Origin: Anthoceros angustus
Lineage: Eukaryota > Plantae > Anthocerotophyta
Assembly (NCBI GenBank): GCA_010909165.1
Contig: MU008194.1
Coordinates: forward strand, 536,542-600,541
Direction of reading: 5' to 3'
DNA: 64,000 bases
The notes beneath the pieces were generated by a model. It did no database searches, was not told the origin of the DNA, and saw nothing but the letters and a program-made list of their open reading frames with translations. Numbering within the stretch: position 1 is the stretch's first letter; every line of letters begins with the position of its first letter. A program made the position numbers and the translations under genes. Shown piece after piece: positions 23,101-35,682 of the stretch.

Positions 23101-24560
23101 TTGAGGGAAGTAAACGCCAACATATAAGTCACGGTGAGAAGAGAAAAGAGCAGCAATGAACCTGAGGATGAGCTAAGCTCGTCATGACGAATAAGGAGAT
23201 AAAAGGAGTCAAGGACTCAAAATAGCAAGCAATACCCAAAGCCTTGGGAGAGTTGCGGAGACATGGTGTCTAAAGGTAGAAAACATGAATATCCGGAGAA
23301 CGGCCTAAGGGGCGTATGATGCTCATGAGTCTCGATAGAAACACAATATCCCGCAATCCCGCCCGTGAGGAGATCAAGCATTCCGCCAGGTGTAGATTGA
23401 TAGATCCGCAATTCCAAGAAGCGTGGAGGATGCCATCACGGCCCCGTGATCCCTACGGACATGCGCCTTGGGTTCTGATAACTAGGTCATCAATGAAATA
23501 AGCCACCATACCCTCCGATTTTGCCTTCATACCAAGCAACAATTGCTTCATGCTCCCATTGAGAGAGAGTAAGGTCTGGTTGACAAATATATCTTGGCCT
23601 TTCAAGTTTGTGCGTAACGTAACACACGCAACGCCCTCAAGAGTAAAAACGCACAATATAAGTGGGGATCGAGAATGGTCCTTACCCACTCCAAGCGTGT
23701 TGGAACCGAACATCGACCTTGATAACATCACCAAAAACCCTTACAAGACTTTCTCGAGTAGTTCCCGATATCCTGTAATACGGAGGTTTCGAGATCGCTA
23801 TCGCGATCGGGACTCAAATGGTAGCGAATAGCGTTCGCCGCGCGACGGCGGCAAAAGATCGGGTCAGGGGCAAGGGGCCTATCCGCAATTCTTGAATAAC
23901 CTCATCATTCTTGGACATGCCAAGACGGATAGAAGTTAATTTGTCTTCAATAATTTCAACCTTCTCCAAAAGGCCGTAGGTCAAACGTGGTAGCCGGAGT
24001 AGAGTGTGGAATTGTGGTCACTCAACGTGCTTAGAGATCATATTAGCCTCGTAAATCTTCCTGTGAGCTCCTTAAGAGATGTCTCAAGATCATGTCAAGT
24101 CATCCATGCGAAAGTGTCTAGAGAAGTCTGCAATAAGGTGTTCCCATTCAAGGCTCAAAACATCAGCCTGTGTTTGAATTCATTGAGGAGGGAATCATTG
24201 GTCGTCTGAGGGCCTCAAACCTATCGATAGATCCGAGTGCTTAAGAGAAATCTTCGAGTCTAGCCTCCAAGATAGTAATGACTCCATGAAAGAAAGTATT
24301 TGTCCTCCAAAACGAGAGTCACCTGCCTCAAGACTATGAACCCTGGAGAACTGATCTGCCATGTCATATTGCACCTTAGATTCAAGAGAGGACGCTTTAA
24401 GGCCATCCGCTGGAGCCATTACCGCTTGCCAAAATACCGTAGTAGAACACTGAAAGAGAGATTAGCACGCCATAAGCGCTGCCCAATTACTGCACTTTGG
24501 CCTGGCAGGTCAGACACCTCGGGGTGGAGCCCCAAGGCCGAAAAACCCCCGCACGTAGGG
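20172..24560 (-). mobile_element. Near full-length LINE (non-LTR retrotransposon) with (GTT)n tail, degenerate
   Basis: APE endonuclease end 'DYVIGD' (about 22780). RT 'FVDFKRAF', 'PWDKLFVRL', 'GVLDGDPLSPNLFGL', 'KTKIM.F', 'VEMVRSYTYL', 'PSALYGAEIWG'. (CAA)n at 20172-20193 is the 3' tail. ORF1-like region at about 24300-23450. Confidence 0.9.
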
Positions 24561-24569
24561 ACCTAAAAA

Positions 24570-26100
24570 GCCCCTACCACACCACCGCCCCGCCAATCGT
24601 GCAAGACGGGCGCCGCCGAAACCAAGGCCCCGACTGAACCCTCCGACGCCGCCTCGCAGTGACGCACTCACTCCACCGCCCCGCCTGCACTCACGCCCGC
24701 CCGCACTCGGCCTGGCCCGCCTGGCCTCGCACTGACCGCCCGCCTCACTGGCCCGCCCGCCCGACCGCACCGCACCGCCTTGAGAGCACTCCCGCCCGCA
24801 TCTACGCCCGCTCCCGCACTTCGCCCACCGCCCCGCCACACGCACCGCCCGCCTGCACCGGCCCGCCTCCGCACCGCACTGGCCGCACCGCACTGGGCCC
24901 GCCCGCACTGTGTCCGCCCAAACACTAGACAACAATCCCAAATTACAAACCAATTGAGCCACTATATATTTTATTTTAAAGAACCATGAGGGAGGCCGGC
25001 CGCCGCCATGGGTAGGGTAGGGTGTGTTAGGGAGGGGCGCTGCCGGCCGGCGCCAAAGTGCTGCATGGCGTGGTTGGTGGGGGCCGCCGGCCGCCTGCTG
25101 AGGGCTGTGGCGCAGGGGGGGCGCCGGCCACGGCCGCCATGGGCGTGGTGTGTTAGGAGGGGGCCGCCGAACGACATGGGCGTGGTGTGTTAGGGGAGGA
25201 CGCCGCCTACCGGGCGCCCATGGGCACGGTAGGGGAGCAGCACGGGCCGGCGCATGGGTGGTGTGTTAGGGGAGGCGCCGGCCGGGCGCCCATGAGCAGC
25301 ATGTTGGAGACGGCCGCCGGGCGCCTCCTAGCTCCACCACCGCACCGACGGGTGGTGCAGGGGAGAGCGCCGGCCGGCCGGCGCCCGCCTTGCGATCGCC
25401 TGTGAGGGCCCACCGATGGTGAGGCAGAGGGGAGGGCGCCTGCCGGCCCTCCTCACGCCGCCAACCACCCGAGGATGGGCAAACGGGTGGTGCGCGCCAG
25501 CAGGGCCGGCCGGCCGCCTCCACGCACCACCCCATACGTGAAGGCCCACCGACGGGTGGCGCTGGTGAGGGAGGGCGCCGCCGCCGGCCGCCTGCTCACG
25601 CCTCCACCCGCCGCCGATACGGCCGGTGGTGCGGAGGCGGGCGCCGGCCGCCGGCGCCATCCTCGCCGCACCACCGTGAAACCCCGGACGGGTGGTGCGC
25701 TGGAGAGAGGGCGCCGCCAGCCTCTCCTCCACGCACCACCCCATACGTAGGCCCACCGACCTGCGAGGGCGGGCGCCGGGCCTACGGGCGCCCGCTCGCG
25801 CCTCCACCCGTCGGCATACCGGTGGTGGAGGGAGCGGCTGGCGCCACGCCGCGCCATCCCTTCGCACACCACTGTAAACCCCGACGGTGGTGCGCGGATA
25901 GAGAGGGCGCCGGCGGCCGCCGGGCCGCCTCCGACGTTACCCAGATACCGGTGGTGGGAGGGAGGCGCGCCGCCGCCGGGCACCTCCCTCCCCGCATCAC
26001 CACTTATGCCCGACGGGTGGAGCGCTGACCCGAGGGCGCCGCCCGCCGCCGCCTCCGCGCGCCCATTGTGGCCCTCCTTCCATGCACCCCTATACGTGGC
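24570..26100. repeat. Very GC/CpG-rich block of short dispersed and inverted repeats, possibly DNA-transposon subterminal sequence
   Basis: Recurrent GTGTGTTAGG(G)GAGG (about 25021, 25147, 25184, 25260), CC(A/C)CGACGGGTGG and GGCGCCGGCCG motifs. CACTA at 24923. Confidence 0.55.
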
Positions 26101-26187
26101 ACTTCCATCGAAAATTCAAAAGAGGGCTAACCTTAGAAGCAACCTTGGAATGAAGGCTAACTTAGAAGCAAATGCCGCTCAAATCGA

Positions 26188-29100
26188 GCCAAGATTTTGG
26201 CCTACGAGTGTAGAGGGTACTCCTAAACATCTCAGATGCATGTGGACAAAAAGCGATAAGGGATAAGCTCATGAAAGTGCGTGGCTTAATACAACTCGCG
26301 AGTCAAAGTGCCAAGATAATGATGACAATGGAGGAGAAGTCGACCAAGTGATGACGAAGGATTGAACTCTGGGATGAGTGAAACTGAAATCTCGTTTTTT
26401 CCGGGGTCCCAGAGTTAATGTTGTAAGTCTGGTTGCTAATGTTACTGTGTTAGGGAAATACCCTATCCGTGGCTTTTGTGGTGTCATAACAAAACCACAC
26501 TTTCCTCCCAAAACTGAGTTTACAACCGTCCCTTCCCGGCAGGAACGGCCTTCCTCACCGTTCCTACTTTGCATTATTCCGTAGAGGTTTTACGACCACC
26601 ATTCGACACAAACATTCTTTTGGATGGAAAGTAGTAACTTTTTAACGGTGACACCTTTTTTCTGTCGTTTAATGCCTTCAAACTGCTTTAGGGCCCATCA
26701 AAAACCCCTTGAGAATTATTATGAAAACCCCTTCAGATTATTCACCCCCTTCAAAAGTTATCATGTTCCATGTCGAGTCAGCAGGAAGCGCTCATGGCTC
26801 AAATTAAGGACGCCCAGTTGTTGATGCTTTAAGCAGGATTCAGACTAATGCACTTTCTGAGCTGCAGATTCAACCCGACTGGCAGGAAGAGATTATCGGG
26901 GCTCTCATACAGGATGCCGATGCCCACTCTGCTTTGCAAGCCCTTTGAGCTAGTTTCCTGACCGGGCCGAAAGGGATGGTCTTCTTGGTATCACACTGGC
27001 TCTTCATCCTCGTTCCCCATATCCACGGGCTTTGATTTACGAAGCCCACGATTTTGGCCTCAACTCAACTGGACGCTCGCTTCGTGCCGACAGGGCATTG
27101 GTGACAAGCTTTGTTCTACTGCATAAGTTATTCAGGTAGGATGACATAATCCCAACCTTACTGTCCCCTTTATTGTTTTGGGAGCAAGTCACACTTGACT
27201 TCATAACCTGATTGCCTCTGACCGGGCCGGCTTTGATGCATTCTTTTGGTCTTCACGAATGCTTACCGTCAAGTGCTCCTTGCCCCACTCATCGAGACAT
27301 GCTCACCGTTGAAACAAGCTGCCGACTTATTTTTGAAAGTGGTTTATCGTGCCCATGGCTTCCCTCGCCTCTTTGTGAGCGACCGTGATTCCGGTGTTTA
27401 CTTCGCCAGCAAGCGGTTCACCGGGTCTTGGCACCAAGCTCAGTATGTCTATTGCCTTCATCCTCGCAGGACAGTTACTGAGCGAGCTAATCAAGTTTTA
27501 GAGGATATTCTCCGCTTATGCAAGCGTGCACCAAGCCCATATCGGACTTTCCACCTCATTGACTTTGCCTACAACAACGCCTAATGCCTCAACCGTGGAG
27601 TTACTCCATTCTTGTTCAACAAAGGTTTTCACCCTCGCATGCTGTTTCGCTTTGCCTTCACGCTTCTCAGACCTCGTCGTAGATTTCACCCAACGTGTCA
27701 GTTCAAGCAGAAGCTCACACCATGAAGCCCAAAACCGCCAAGCCCACCGCCAATCATCGCCGCCAGATTTTGGTCGAGTGTAGAGGGTACTCCTCCAAAC
27801 ATCTCACGATGGACACAAAAGCGATAGGGATAAGCTGCGAAGGCGTGGCTTAATACAACCCGCGAGTCAAAGTGCCAAGAATGATGACAATGGAGGAGAA
27901 GTCGGACCAAGTGATGAGAAGGATTGAACTCGGGATGAGTGAAATCAAATCTCGTTTTTTCCCGGGTCCCAGAGTTAATGTTGTAAGTCCGGTTGCTAAT
28001 GTTACCGTGTTAGAAATACCCTATCTGGTGGCTTTTGTGGTGTCATAACAAAACCACACTTTCCTCCCAAAATCGAAGTTTACAACTGGCCCCTTCCCGG
28101 CAGAACGGCCTTCCTCACTCCTACTTTGCATTATTCCGTAGGGTTCGAGTTATGCGACCACCATTCGCCGGATGGATGGAAAGTAGTAACTTTATCTTGG
28201 GTGACACCCTTTTTTCGAGTTGCAATGCCTTCAAAAGCGCGTTTAGGGCCCATCAAAAACCCCTTCGTAGATTATTTTAAAAACCCCTTCAGATTATTCA
28301 CCCCTTCAAAAGTTATCATGTTCCATGTCGAGTCACAGAAGCGCCATGGCTCAAATTAAGGACATGGGCTTGTTGATGCTTTAAGGATTCGCATCACTAA
28401 TGCACTTTCGAGCTGCATTCAACCCGACCGCGGAAGAGATTATCGGGCTCTCATACAGGCCGATGCCCACTGCCGGTATCCTTTTGAGCTAGTTCCCAGG
28501 CGGGCTGGCCGGGATGGTCTTCTTTGGTATAAATCTGGCTCTTCATCCTCGGGTTCCCCATATCCGTCGGGCTTTGATTTGAAGCCCGCGAATTTTGGCC
28601 TCAACTCAATCCTCAACTCATTGCCGGCTGTGGCATTGGTGACAAGCTTTGTTGCGCTGGCATAAGTTACAGAGGATGACATAATCCCAACCCTTGCCTG
28701 TCCCTTTATTGTTTTGGGAGCAAGTCACACTTGACTTCATAACCGGATTGCCTCGCACCGCTGCTGGCTTTGATGCATTGCTGGTCTTCACGAATAAGCT
28801 TACCCGTCAAGTGCTCCTTGCCCCACTACTGAGACATGCTCTGCTGAGCAAACTGCTGACTTATTTTTGAAAGTGGTTTATCGTGCCCATGGCTTCCCTC
28901 GCTCTCTTGTGAGCGACCGTGATTCCAGGTTTACTTCCCGCTTCTGGCAAGCGGTTCACCGTGGTCTTGGCACCAAGCTCTGTATGTCTATTGCCTTTCA
29001 TCCTCAGACTAATGGTGCTACAGAGCGAGCTAATCAAGTTTTAGAGGATATTCTCCGTGCTTATGCAAGCGTGCACCAAGCTCGGTGGCCGGACTTTCTC

Positions 29101-29300
29101 CACCTCATTGAGTTTGCCTACAACGCCCCTAATGCCTCAACCGAGTTACTCCATTCTTGTTCAACAAAGGTTTTCACCGCACGCTTGCTTCCTTGCCTTC
29201 CGCCTTTGTGTCCGCCAGATTTCCTCACCCAACGTGTCCAGATTCAAGAGGCCCAACCGCCCATGAAGCCCAAACCGCCAAGCCCAGTCTGCCAATCATC
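26188..29300 (+). repeat. Tandem duplication, about 1.58-kb unit (26188-27763 / 27764-about 29300)
   Basis: GCCA(A)GATTTTGG...GAGTGTAGAGGGTACTCCT occurs at about 26188 and 27762. The integrase fragments are repeated. Confidence 0.9.
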
Positions 29301-29960
29301 GTCGTCGTCCTCAAGAATTTGTAGTTGGTACCTATGTCCTTATGCCGCGGAATTTGTCCTTCCTCGATTCGTAAGATTTCCCTCGTTGGGTCCTTACCGT
29401 ATCCTCCGTCGCATTGGCCCCGTGGCCTATGAGCTTGCCTTCCTTGAATCTCGCATTCACCCCTGTTTCATGTTTCCTTGCTCAAACTTTATCACGGCTC
29501 CCCACCTTCCGCTCCCGCCTGAGGATACCGTGACGGCCCCGGATGAAGTGGAGAGCCTCCGCCACCGATGTGTTCGCCTGTGAATTTTTAGTGCTGTGGA
29601 AAGGTTTCCCCATTAGTGATGCCTCTTGGGAACCCCTTGCCAACCTTTCTCGTTCTCCTGACCTTCTTCGTGTCTATGCTCATGATCATCAACTACATCT
29701 TCCCGACTTCGAGGTCGAAGCCTCTTCCCCCCGGGGTGAGTTGTCACAGATAAGGTTTGATAGCACTTAGTCTTCCGTAATTAGAGGCTGGATAATCCGC
29801 TGTCTGCTGTGATCACGGCTAGGCTACCACCACAATCTGTGGCATGTACTACGCAAGCCCGTGCATAAAAGCCCGGCTCCCTTACTAGTAGACACACTCT
29901 CTCCTGGTACAAGTGTACTCCCCTATTTGCTCCCCTGTTTGCGAAGTCCGGCTCATGACA
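26830..29960 (+). mobile_element. Ty3/gypsy chromovirus 3' remnant: integrase, chromodomain, PPT and 3' LTR
   Basis: 'HGFPRSLVSDRDSRFTSRFWQ..AFHPQTNGATERANQVLEDILR', 'GPYRILRRIGPVAYEL', chromodomain 'EFLVLWKGFPISDASWEPLANL'. PPT-like GGGGTGAGT. LTR TGTCA(29742)...TGACA(29960). Confidence 0.92.
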
Positions 29961-31982
29961 ATTAGGATACACATGATGATTCAGGTTGAGGATTCGAAAG
30001 GATCAAATCTTGCCAATCCGCATAGAACTCTAAGAAGACTGTTTGTTGCACACAAATGAACCTCAATTCTTTCCCCATCGATCGTTCCAGCAGCTCACTG
30101 TCCTTCTAACTGCAGCTACGACGCAGCCACGCCTCCACGCAGCAGCTTGGATTGGATTGCGGTCACAACTTCAAATGCTGCCGCTCGAGGCTAATGCTCC
30201 AATTTGGAGTAAACTCGGAGCGCCACTTAACGCTGTGAAGTTTTCCTTGACGTCAGAGGCCACTGTTCTCTGTAGTGCAGACTGGAGAGCCCTGGCATGG
30301 AGGAGTTGCACTGGATGTCCCAGATGCCACTCGATATCCCAGATGCCGCTTGCTTCCTGAGATCTATCGTGTGCGAGAATCTGGTCTACTATTATGCACA
30401 AATTGTTCGCCATTGGCGCATTCCCGTTCAAGAGGAGGAGTTGTGGAGGACAAGCTGCACACACTAGCCCTTGATGGCTTTTTCCTTTTTCATATCCCAA
30501 CAATATCCACTCATAGATTTCATAATAATGTTAATTTTAATCATTAAAAAAATTAAAATAATATAAAATCACAGGTATGGCAGAAAACTAACAGTTAGAT
30601 TAAAAAAAGCTATTAACAGGGGTGAATATACCAGTAAATGAAAATATACGAATTAATATATCAATTTGTATACAAGTTAATATATCAATTTGTATGAAAG
30701 TTACACCCTTGTATGTTAATTAGGATGTAACATCGTAAATTTACAAAATTATATTTGATAAATTTTGTAAATTTATCAAAGTTATGTGCCAAAGCCTACT
30801 AGGAGGTACGGGATGGAGCTGTTCTTCCTTACTTCATGGCATTCTTGAGACAAGCGTGTTGAAACACTTGGAACAGCAATCTTTCACAAAGCGGCGACAG
30901 CGAGCGATGCATCTCTTCTTCCTACATAGTGTGTAGGCCGTTTACACTTCCTACAAAAGATGTCGATGGCATAGGAGATGAATTTAGGTAGGGAGTTTGG
31001 TTGCTCCTTTTTACCACGACATTCAGGATCTCCCTTTGTTGTCCTCAGCTCGATGGGCTCTCCCATCATTTTTTTTCCTCTCAATACATATGTTTCTACT
31101 CCTTGTCTAAGGTTTATTCTATCCCATTTATATCTTCCTTATTATTTTCAATATTAATTATTTTCAAAAATAATACTATTATTTTATACATATCTATTAT
31201 GCGAGATAATAAAGCGAGCCCAGCCTATTCCCATGGTAGGACAATGACAAATCTTGTGCCAATGGATGCGATGCAACAGTTTGAAGGTCTGGTCCTGGTT
31301 CTGCTGTGCGACGACAGGCGTCCGTCCCACGACCATACATTGCTGGCCTTCACGTGCGCAGGGCTTGAAAAACATGTGTTGCAATGTGGCTGCTATGAAA
31401 GGAAGCAGATCATGGCCGATCTGAATAGGGATGGCGATCGGCGACCATGTCAAGCGACAGTGATAGTCATAAACCTCCGATCCCCAACGTCACACCAACC
31501 TGGAGTCCTGGACCTCCTGTAGGCAGGAACTCGCCTATTGAATGGATCCCGCAACGCGTACGCCTGATTCATCCTCCAGTCATTCACTTAGAAATCGGGA
31601 GTAATCAAACACCAGTCGCTTTACAGCCCATGTTGGCGCTGTACAGTGGCGTCCTTTAGATCCCGCCCCCGCCTTCCCCTGAATGCCAGAAGCTTCTACA
31701 GCGATGAGAGGGGGAACAGGATATAGCGACTGTCGCAGTGATCCCCCGCTTTCTCGGTCCCCCAGGCCCTGGCCTCACCACAGCTTGGGCATAATTAGCG
31801 TTGCGGGCCGCCCCGGCCTGTAGCAACGCGATTCCCGGGTGCAGCAAAGCAGGGAGCACGTGTCGTGCGGTCACGGTTCATCCTCTCCTCCCGGCATAGT
31901 CGGCGCCAGCTGCTGGCGTCTATACAGGCGATCTCAGATCTCAGATCTCACGCCCGGGCGGTGCCCACTCCCGGACTCGGCC

Positions 31983-32800
31983 ATGGCCAGCGGCGACGGG
32001 GACAAGGACAAGGTTTTCATCTCGGTGTCGGATACGGGCCCGGAGAGGCTGCCCCCGGGGCTGCAGCAGCTCCTGTCGGACCTGGGATCGGATTCGTGGG
32101 CGATGGAGGAGCTCCCGGACCTGAGGAGCGAGCACCTGGGGGGCTTCTTCCGGGTCCAACCGGCCGGGCTCAGGACGAGGACGCAGTGGCAGGTGCGGAT
32201 GCAGGTGCTGACGGCGGTGGCGCCTGCCGCACGCTGAAGCGCGTGGTGCTGCAGGATCTGGACGTGGCGTCGAGCGGGAGGAGGAGGTGGAGGCGCTCCT
32301 GGGCGGGCTGCGGAGCAACCCCGTGCTGGAACGGCTGGAGCTCCGGGGTCCCCGGGCTCAGGACGGAGGCGTGCGAGAGAGTGGGCGGGATCCTGCGCGC
32401 CACCCGGACCTTGCAGGACCTCTGGCTGGTGGGCGTCGGGATGGAGCCCGCGGGGCTGGGGGTCATCGCGCGCGCGGTGCCGGGGTCCGGGCTCAGAAGC
32501 CTGCACCTGTCGTGGACCGGGGTGCGGAACGCGGCGGGGGCGCAGAGCGTGGCGCACATTCTCACCAGCTCCGCGCTGCGGGAGGTGAGGATCCACGGGC
32601 TGGGGCTGGACGTGTTGGAGGCCCGGGCTATCGCGCACGCCGTGCCCAGCTCGCCCATGGACCTGCAGATGCAAATTCAGGACGCGCTGGATATCCTTCT
32701 GCCGGGCCTGGCGTACCAGCTGCTGGGCCGGCGCACCACCCCGATCAAGATCGAGGTGCCCTCTACTCCCTGCGCTTTCCACCAAATTCCTGTTGGCTTC
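31983..32800 (+). pseudogene. RNI-like leucine-rich-repeat protein, TORNADO1-like N-terminus, truncated or frameshifted
   Basis: High-GC coding block. Repeats such as 'LRSNPVLERLEL', 'LRATRTLQDLWLVGVGMEPAGLGVIARAV', 'LRSLHLSWTGVRNAAGAQSVAHIL', 'LREVRIHGLGLDVLEARAIAHAV'. No ROC/COR domain in the window. Confidence 0.6.
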
Positions 32801-33104
32801 CCCAAGCTCACTTCGCTCTCCGTCTTTCTCATGGCCGTCGTCGAGCGTCTCAGACCCAGGCTGCCACCGCGCCCCAGGAGCCACCGGCCGCCTCCTTGGA
32901 ACGAGACGTCTCCGCATTCAGATGAATCCGAGCCAGATCCATCCTCGGCTCGCTCCTCCACTTCCTGTTGCCCCACCTGGCATCCCCCTCACACGCTGGA
33001 CAAGTCAGCCCTAGACTTACACGTCACCCTCCCTTGTGGATATTAGGCAACCCACAATTTTCTCACCTGTGTAATATTATGTATTGCTCATAATTCAAAC
33101 ATAT

Positions 33105-34600
33105 TTCAAACATGTAAAAAATTAATAAAACTGATGAAAAAACTTTAAACCTCTCAAACTATTTACAGTAAGATATGGTGAAGGAACTTGATCAATTTTT
33201 CTTCTAATTCTCAGATTAATGATAATTTTCATAGTAGATATAATTTTCTACAAAGTATTGTGAATCTTAATAAACATGGGTTGTTAGCATATTCCATGAA
33301 AGGTATTTCGTTACATGTCTTAAAAAACGTGGGTTATTCTTATAACTCTACTCAAAGCGTTTTGTTCGTGTATAAGATATATTGCATAGAATTGATTGTT
33401 ATATTGTTTCTTCATAAGTTGTTGCACTTTCCTACCTGAATATCTTTTATAGAATGACTAAAATATTAGACATCTTCCTTGGGAACTAGAAAATGCTCTA
33501 AGATTCTCAAGTACTTCATAAAGCGTTTTGTTTCACTATTAAGAGAATATCCCGAAGATTGAAAGTTTGTATGTCCTAGAAAAACATTCATTATAAGTTC
33601 ATTATGCATTTCTTTGATGTTACATTATTGTACATCACAAGCTTTTTTTCCTTCACTTCTATGTTCATTATCTCAAAAAATTTAATATATACTTCATACT
33701 TCAAACACTTAGTTGTTCTATCTTGTTCTCATGTACGTGGATTTTATCCAAACAATGGATATATAACCCGGATGTTTCACTAGTTTTGATCAAACTTGCA
33801 TCTTGATGTAACAAGCGAATGAGGTCTACAAATCAAAATATTCAAATATGTAAAAAATTAATAAAACTGATGAAAAAACTTTAAACCTCTCAAACTATTT
33901 ACAGTAAGATATGGTGAAGGAACTTGATCAATTTTTCTTCTAATTCTCAGATTAATGATAATTTTCATAGTAGATATAATTTTCTACAAAGTATTGTGAA
34001 TCTTAATAAACATGGGTTGTTAGCATATTCCATGAAAGGTATTTCGTTACATGTCTTAAAAAACGTGGGTTATTCTTATAACTCTACTCAAAGCGTTTTG
34101 TTCGTGTATAAGATATATTGCATAGAATTCGATTGTTATATTGTTTCTTCATAAGTTGTTGCACTTTCCTACTGAATATCTTTTATAGAATGACTAAAAT
34201 ATTAGACATCTTCCTTGGGAACTAGAAAATGCTCTAAGATTCTCAAGTACTTCATAAAGCGTTTTGTTTCACTATTAAGAGAATATCCTGAAGATTGTGA
34301 AAGTTTGTATGTCCTAGAGAAAAACATTCATTATAAGTTCATTGGGCGTTGCATTTCTTTGATGTTACATTATTGTACATCACAAGCTTTTTTTCCTTCA
34401 CTTCTATGTTCATTATCTCAAAAAATTTAATATATACTTCATACTTCAAACACTTAGTTGTTCTATCTTGTTCTCATGTACGTGGATTTTATCCAAACAA
34501 TGGATATATAACCCGGATGTTTCACTAGTTTTGATCAAACTTGCATCTTGATGTAACAAGCGAATGAGGTCTACAAATCAAAATATTCAAATATGTAAAT
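33105..34600 (+). repeat. AT-rich tandem duplication, about 736-bp unit (33105-33840 / 33841-34585)
   Basis: Identical ORF starts at 33188 and 33924 (MINFSSNSQ...). Junction microhomology TTCAAA(C/T)ATGTAAA. Confidence 0.95.
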
Positions 34601-35682
34601 CCCAAAAATGAATCTCCATATATGTAAATCCGAAAGATGGTGTTTGCAGAGGAAATTCAAAGTCCATGCATGTTTTTAAGTGTTTTGATTTTAAGTATGT
34701 CCTCATGTTCTTGCATACAACCACCAAATACAGCCTACATTGAACATTTGTGTGGTGAAATGCTTTATCTTCCTGGTGATTTAATGTTACAACAAATCAT
34801 TATACATCTTGTAAAGAGTGTTGTAGCAGATTCATTTGAAGCATTTCCCAATAAACTTCCGGTCTTCATAGCGTATAAAACTCCATATCAAATGCGAGCA
34901 ATAGGTACATGTTTTACTACAGTGCAAAGCCGAGAACAATGTCATATGTGTCTTGTCCACGTTGCTGGGGAACTTTTAATTAATAGATGTCCTAGTAGAC
35001 AAAGTGCTCGATATACTGTGGTAGATTGTACTATAGAATATAGTCCAGATTTACCATTCCCTGACACTTGTTCTGCTGTATTCAATGAAGGCCTAAATCG
35101 TTAATATATTAAGTAACAATTTTTGAGATAATATTGAACGTATCTGTGAACTTTCATAACAAAGAATGAAAAAAATCTTTATTATAATCCATAAAGCTAC
35201 TTTACGGATTGAGGTATTAAGGAAAAAAATACCGAATAAGAAGTATAAATATATGAGCTTGAAAACCAGAGAGCCAAATTAAAGGTAATCCAATAACACT
35301 TATGTAGGATCAAACAACCCCGAATAACAGAGGAGGGAGGGCTGATGAACCCCTATTGAAAGAAAAAGATACAAGAGTTTTATTACAAAAACGTAATATA
35401 CTTAAAAATACAAAAACCAATGTTTTATTCGGATTAACCTGGTTATGAGTATGGACGCCGTTCACCATAAAAACACCATAGTCAGGAAACAAAATTTGAA
35501 GCATTTTTAACACACAGCGTAACAAGGGAATACAGTTTTTTCTCAATTTGGCTTTGTGATCCCATGTAAAGGACACAATTTACACAACGCTGTTTGCTCT
35601 TATCCTTCTCGTCACCGGACGAATTGTGGCCCTACTTACTTTGGGCTCACCTTTGTTCTTCCTTTCTTCGGCACCGCAGGCA

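Noticed and set aside
24510-26266. Many overlapping Arg/Ala/Pro-rich ORFs
   Set aside because: Expected from stop-codon scarcity in very GC-rich repeat DNA; no domain motifs.
30040-31700. Short ORFs 30171..30503 and 31001..31522 as genes
   Set aside because: No recognisable motifs or consistent exon structure.
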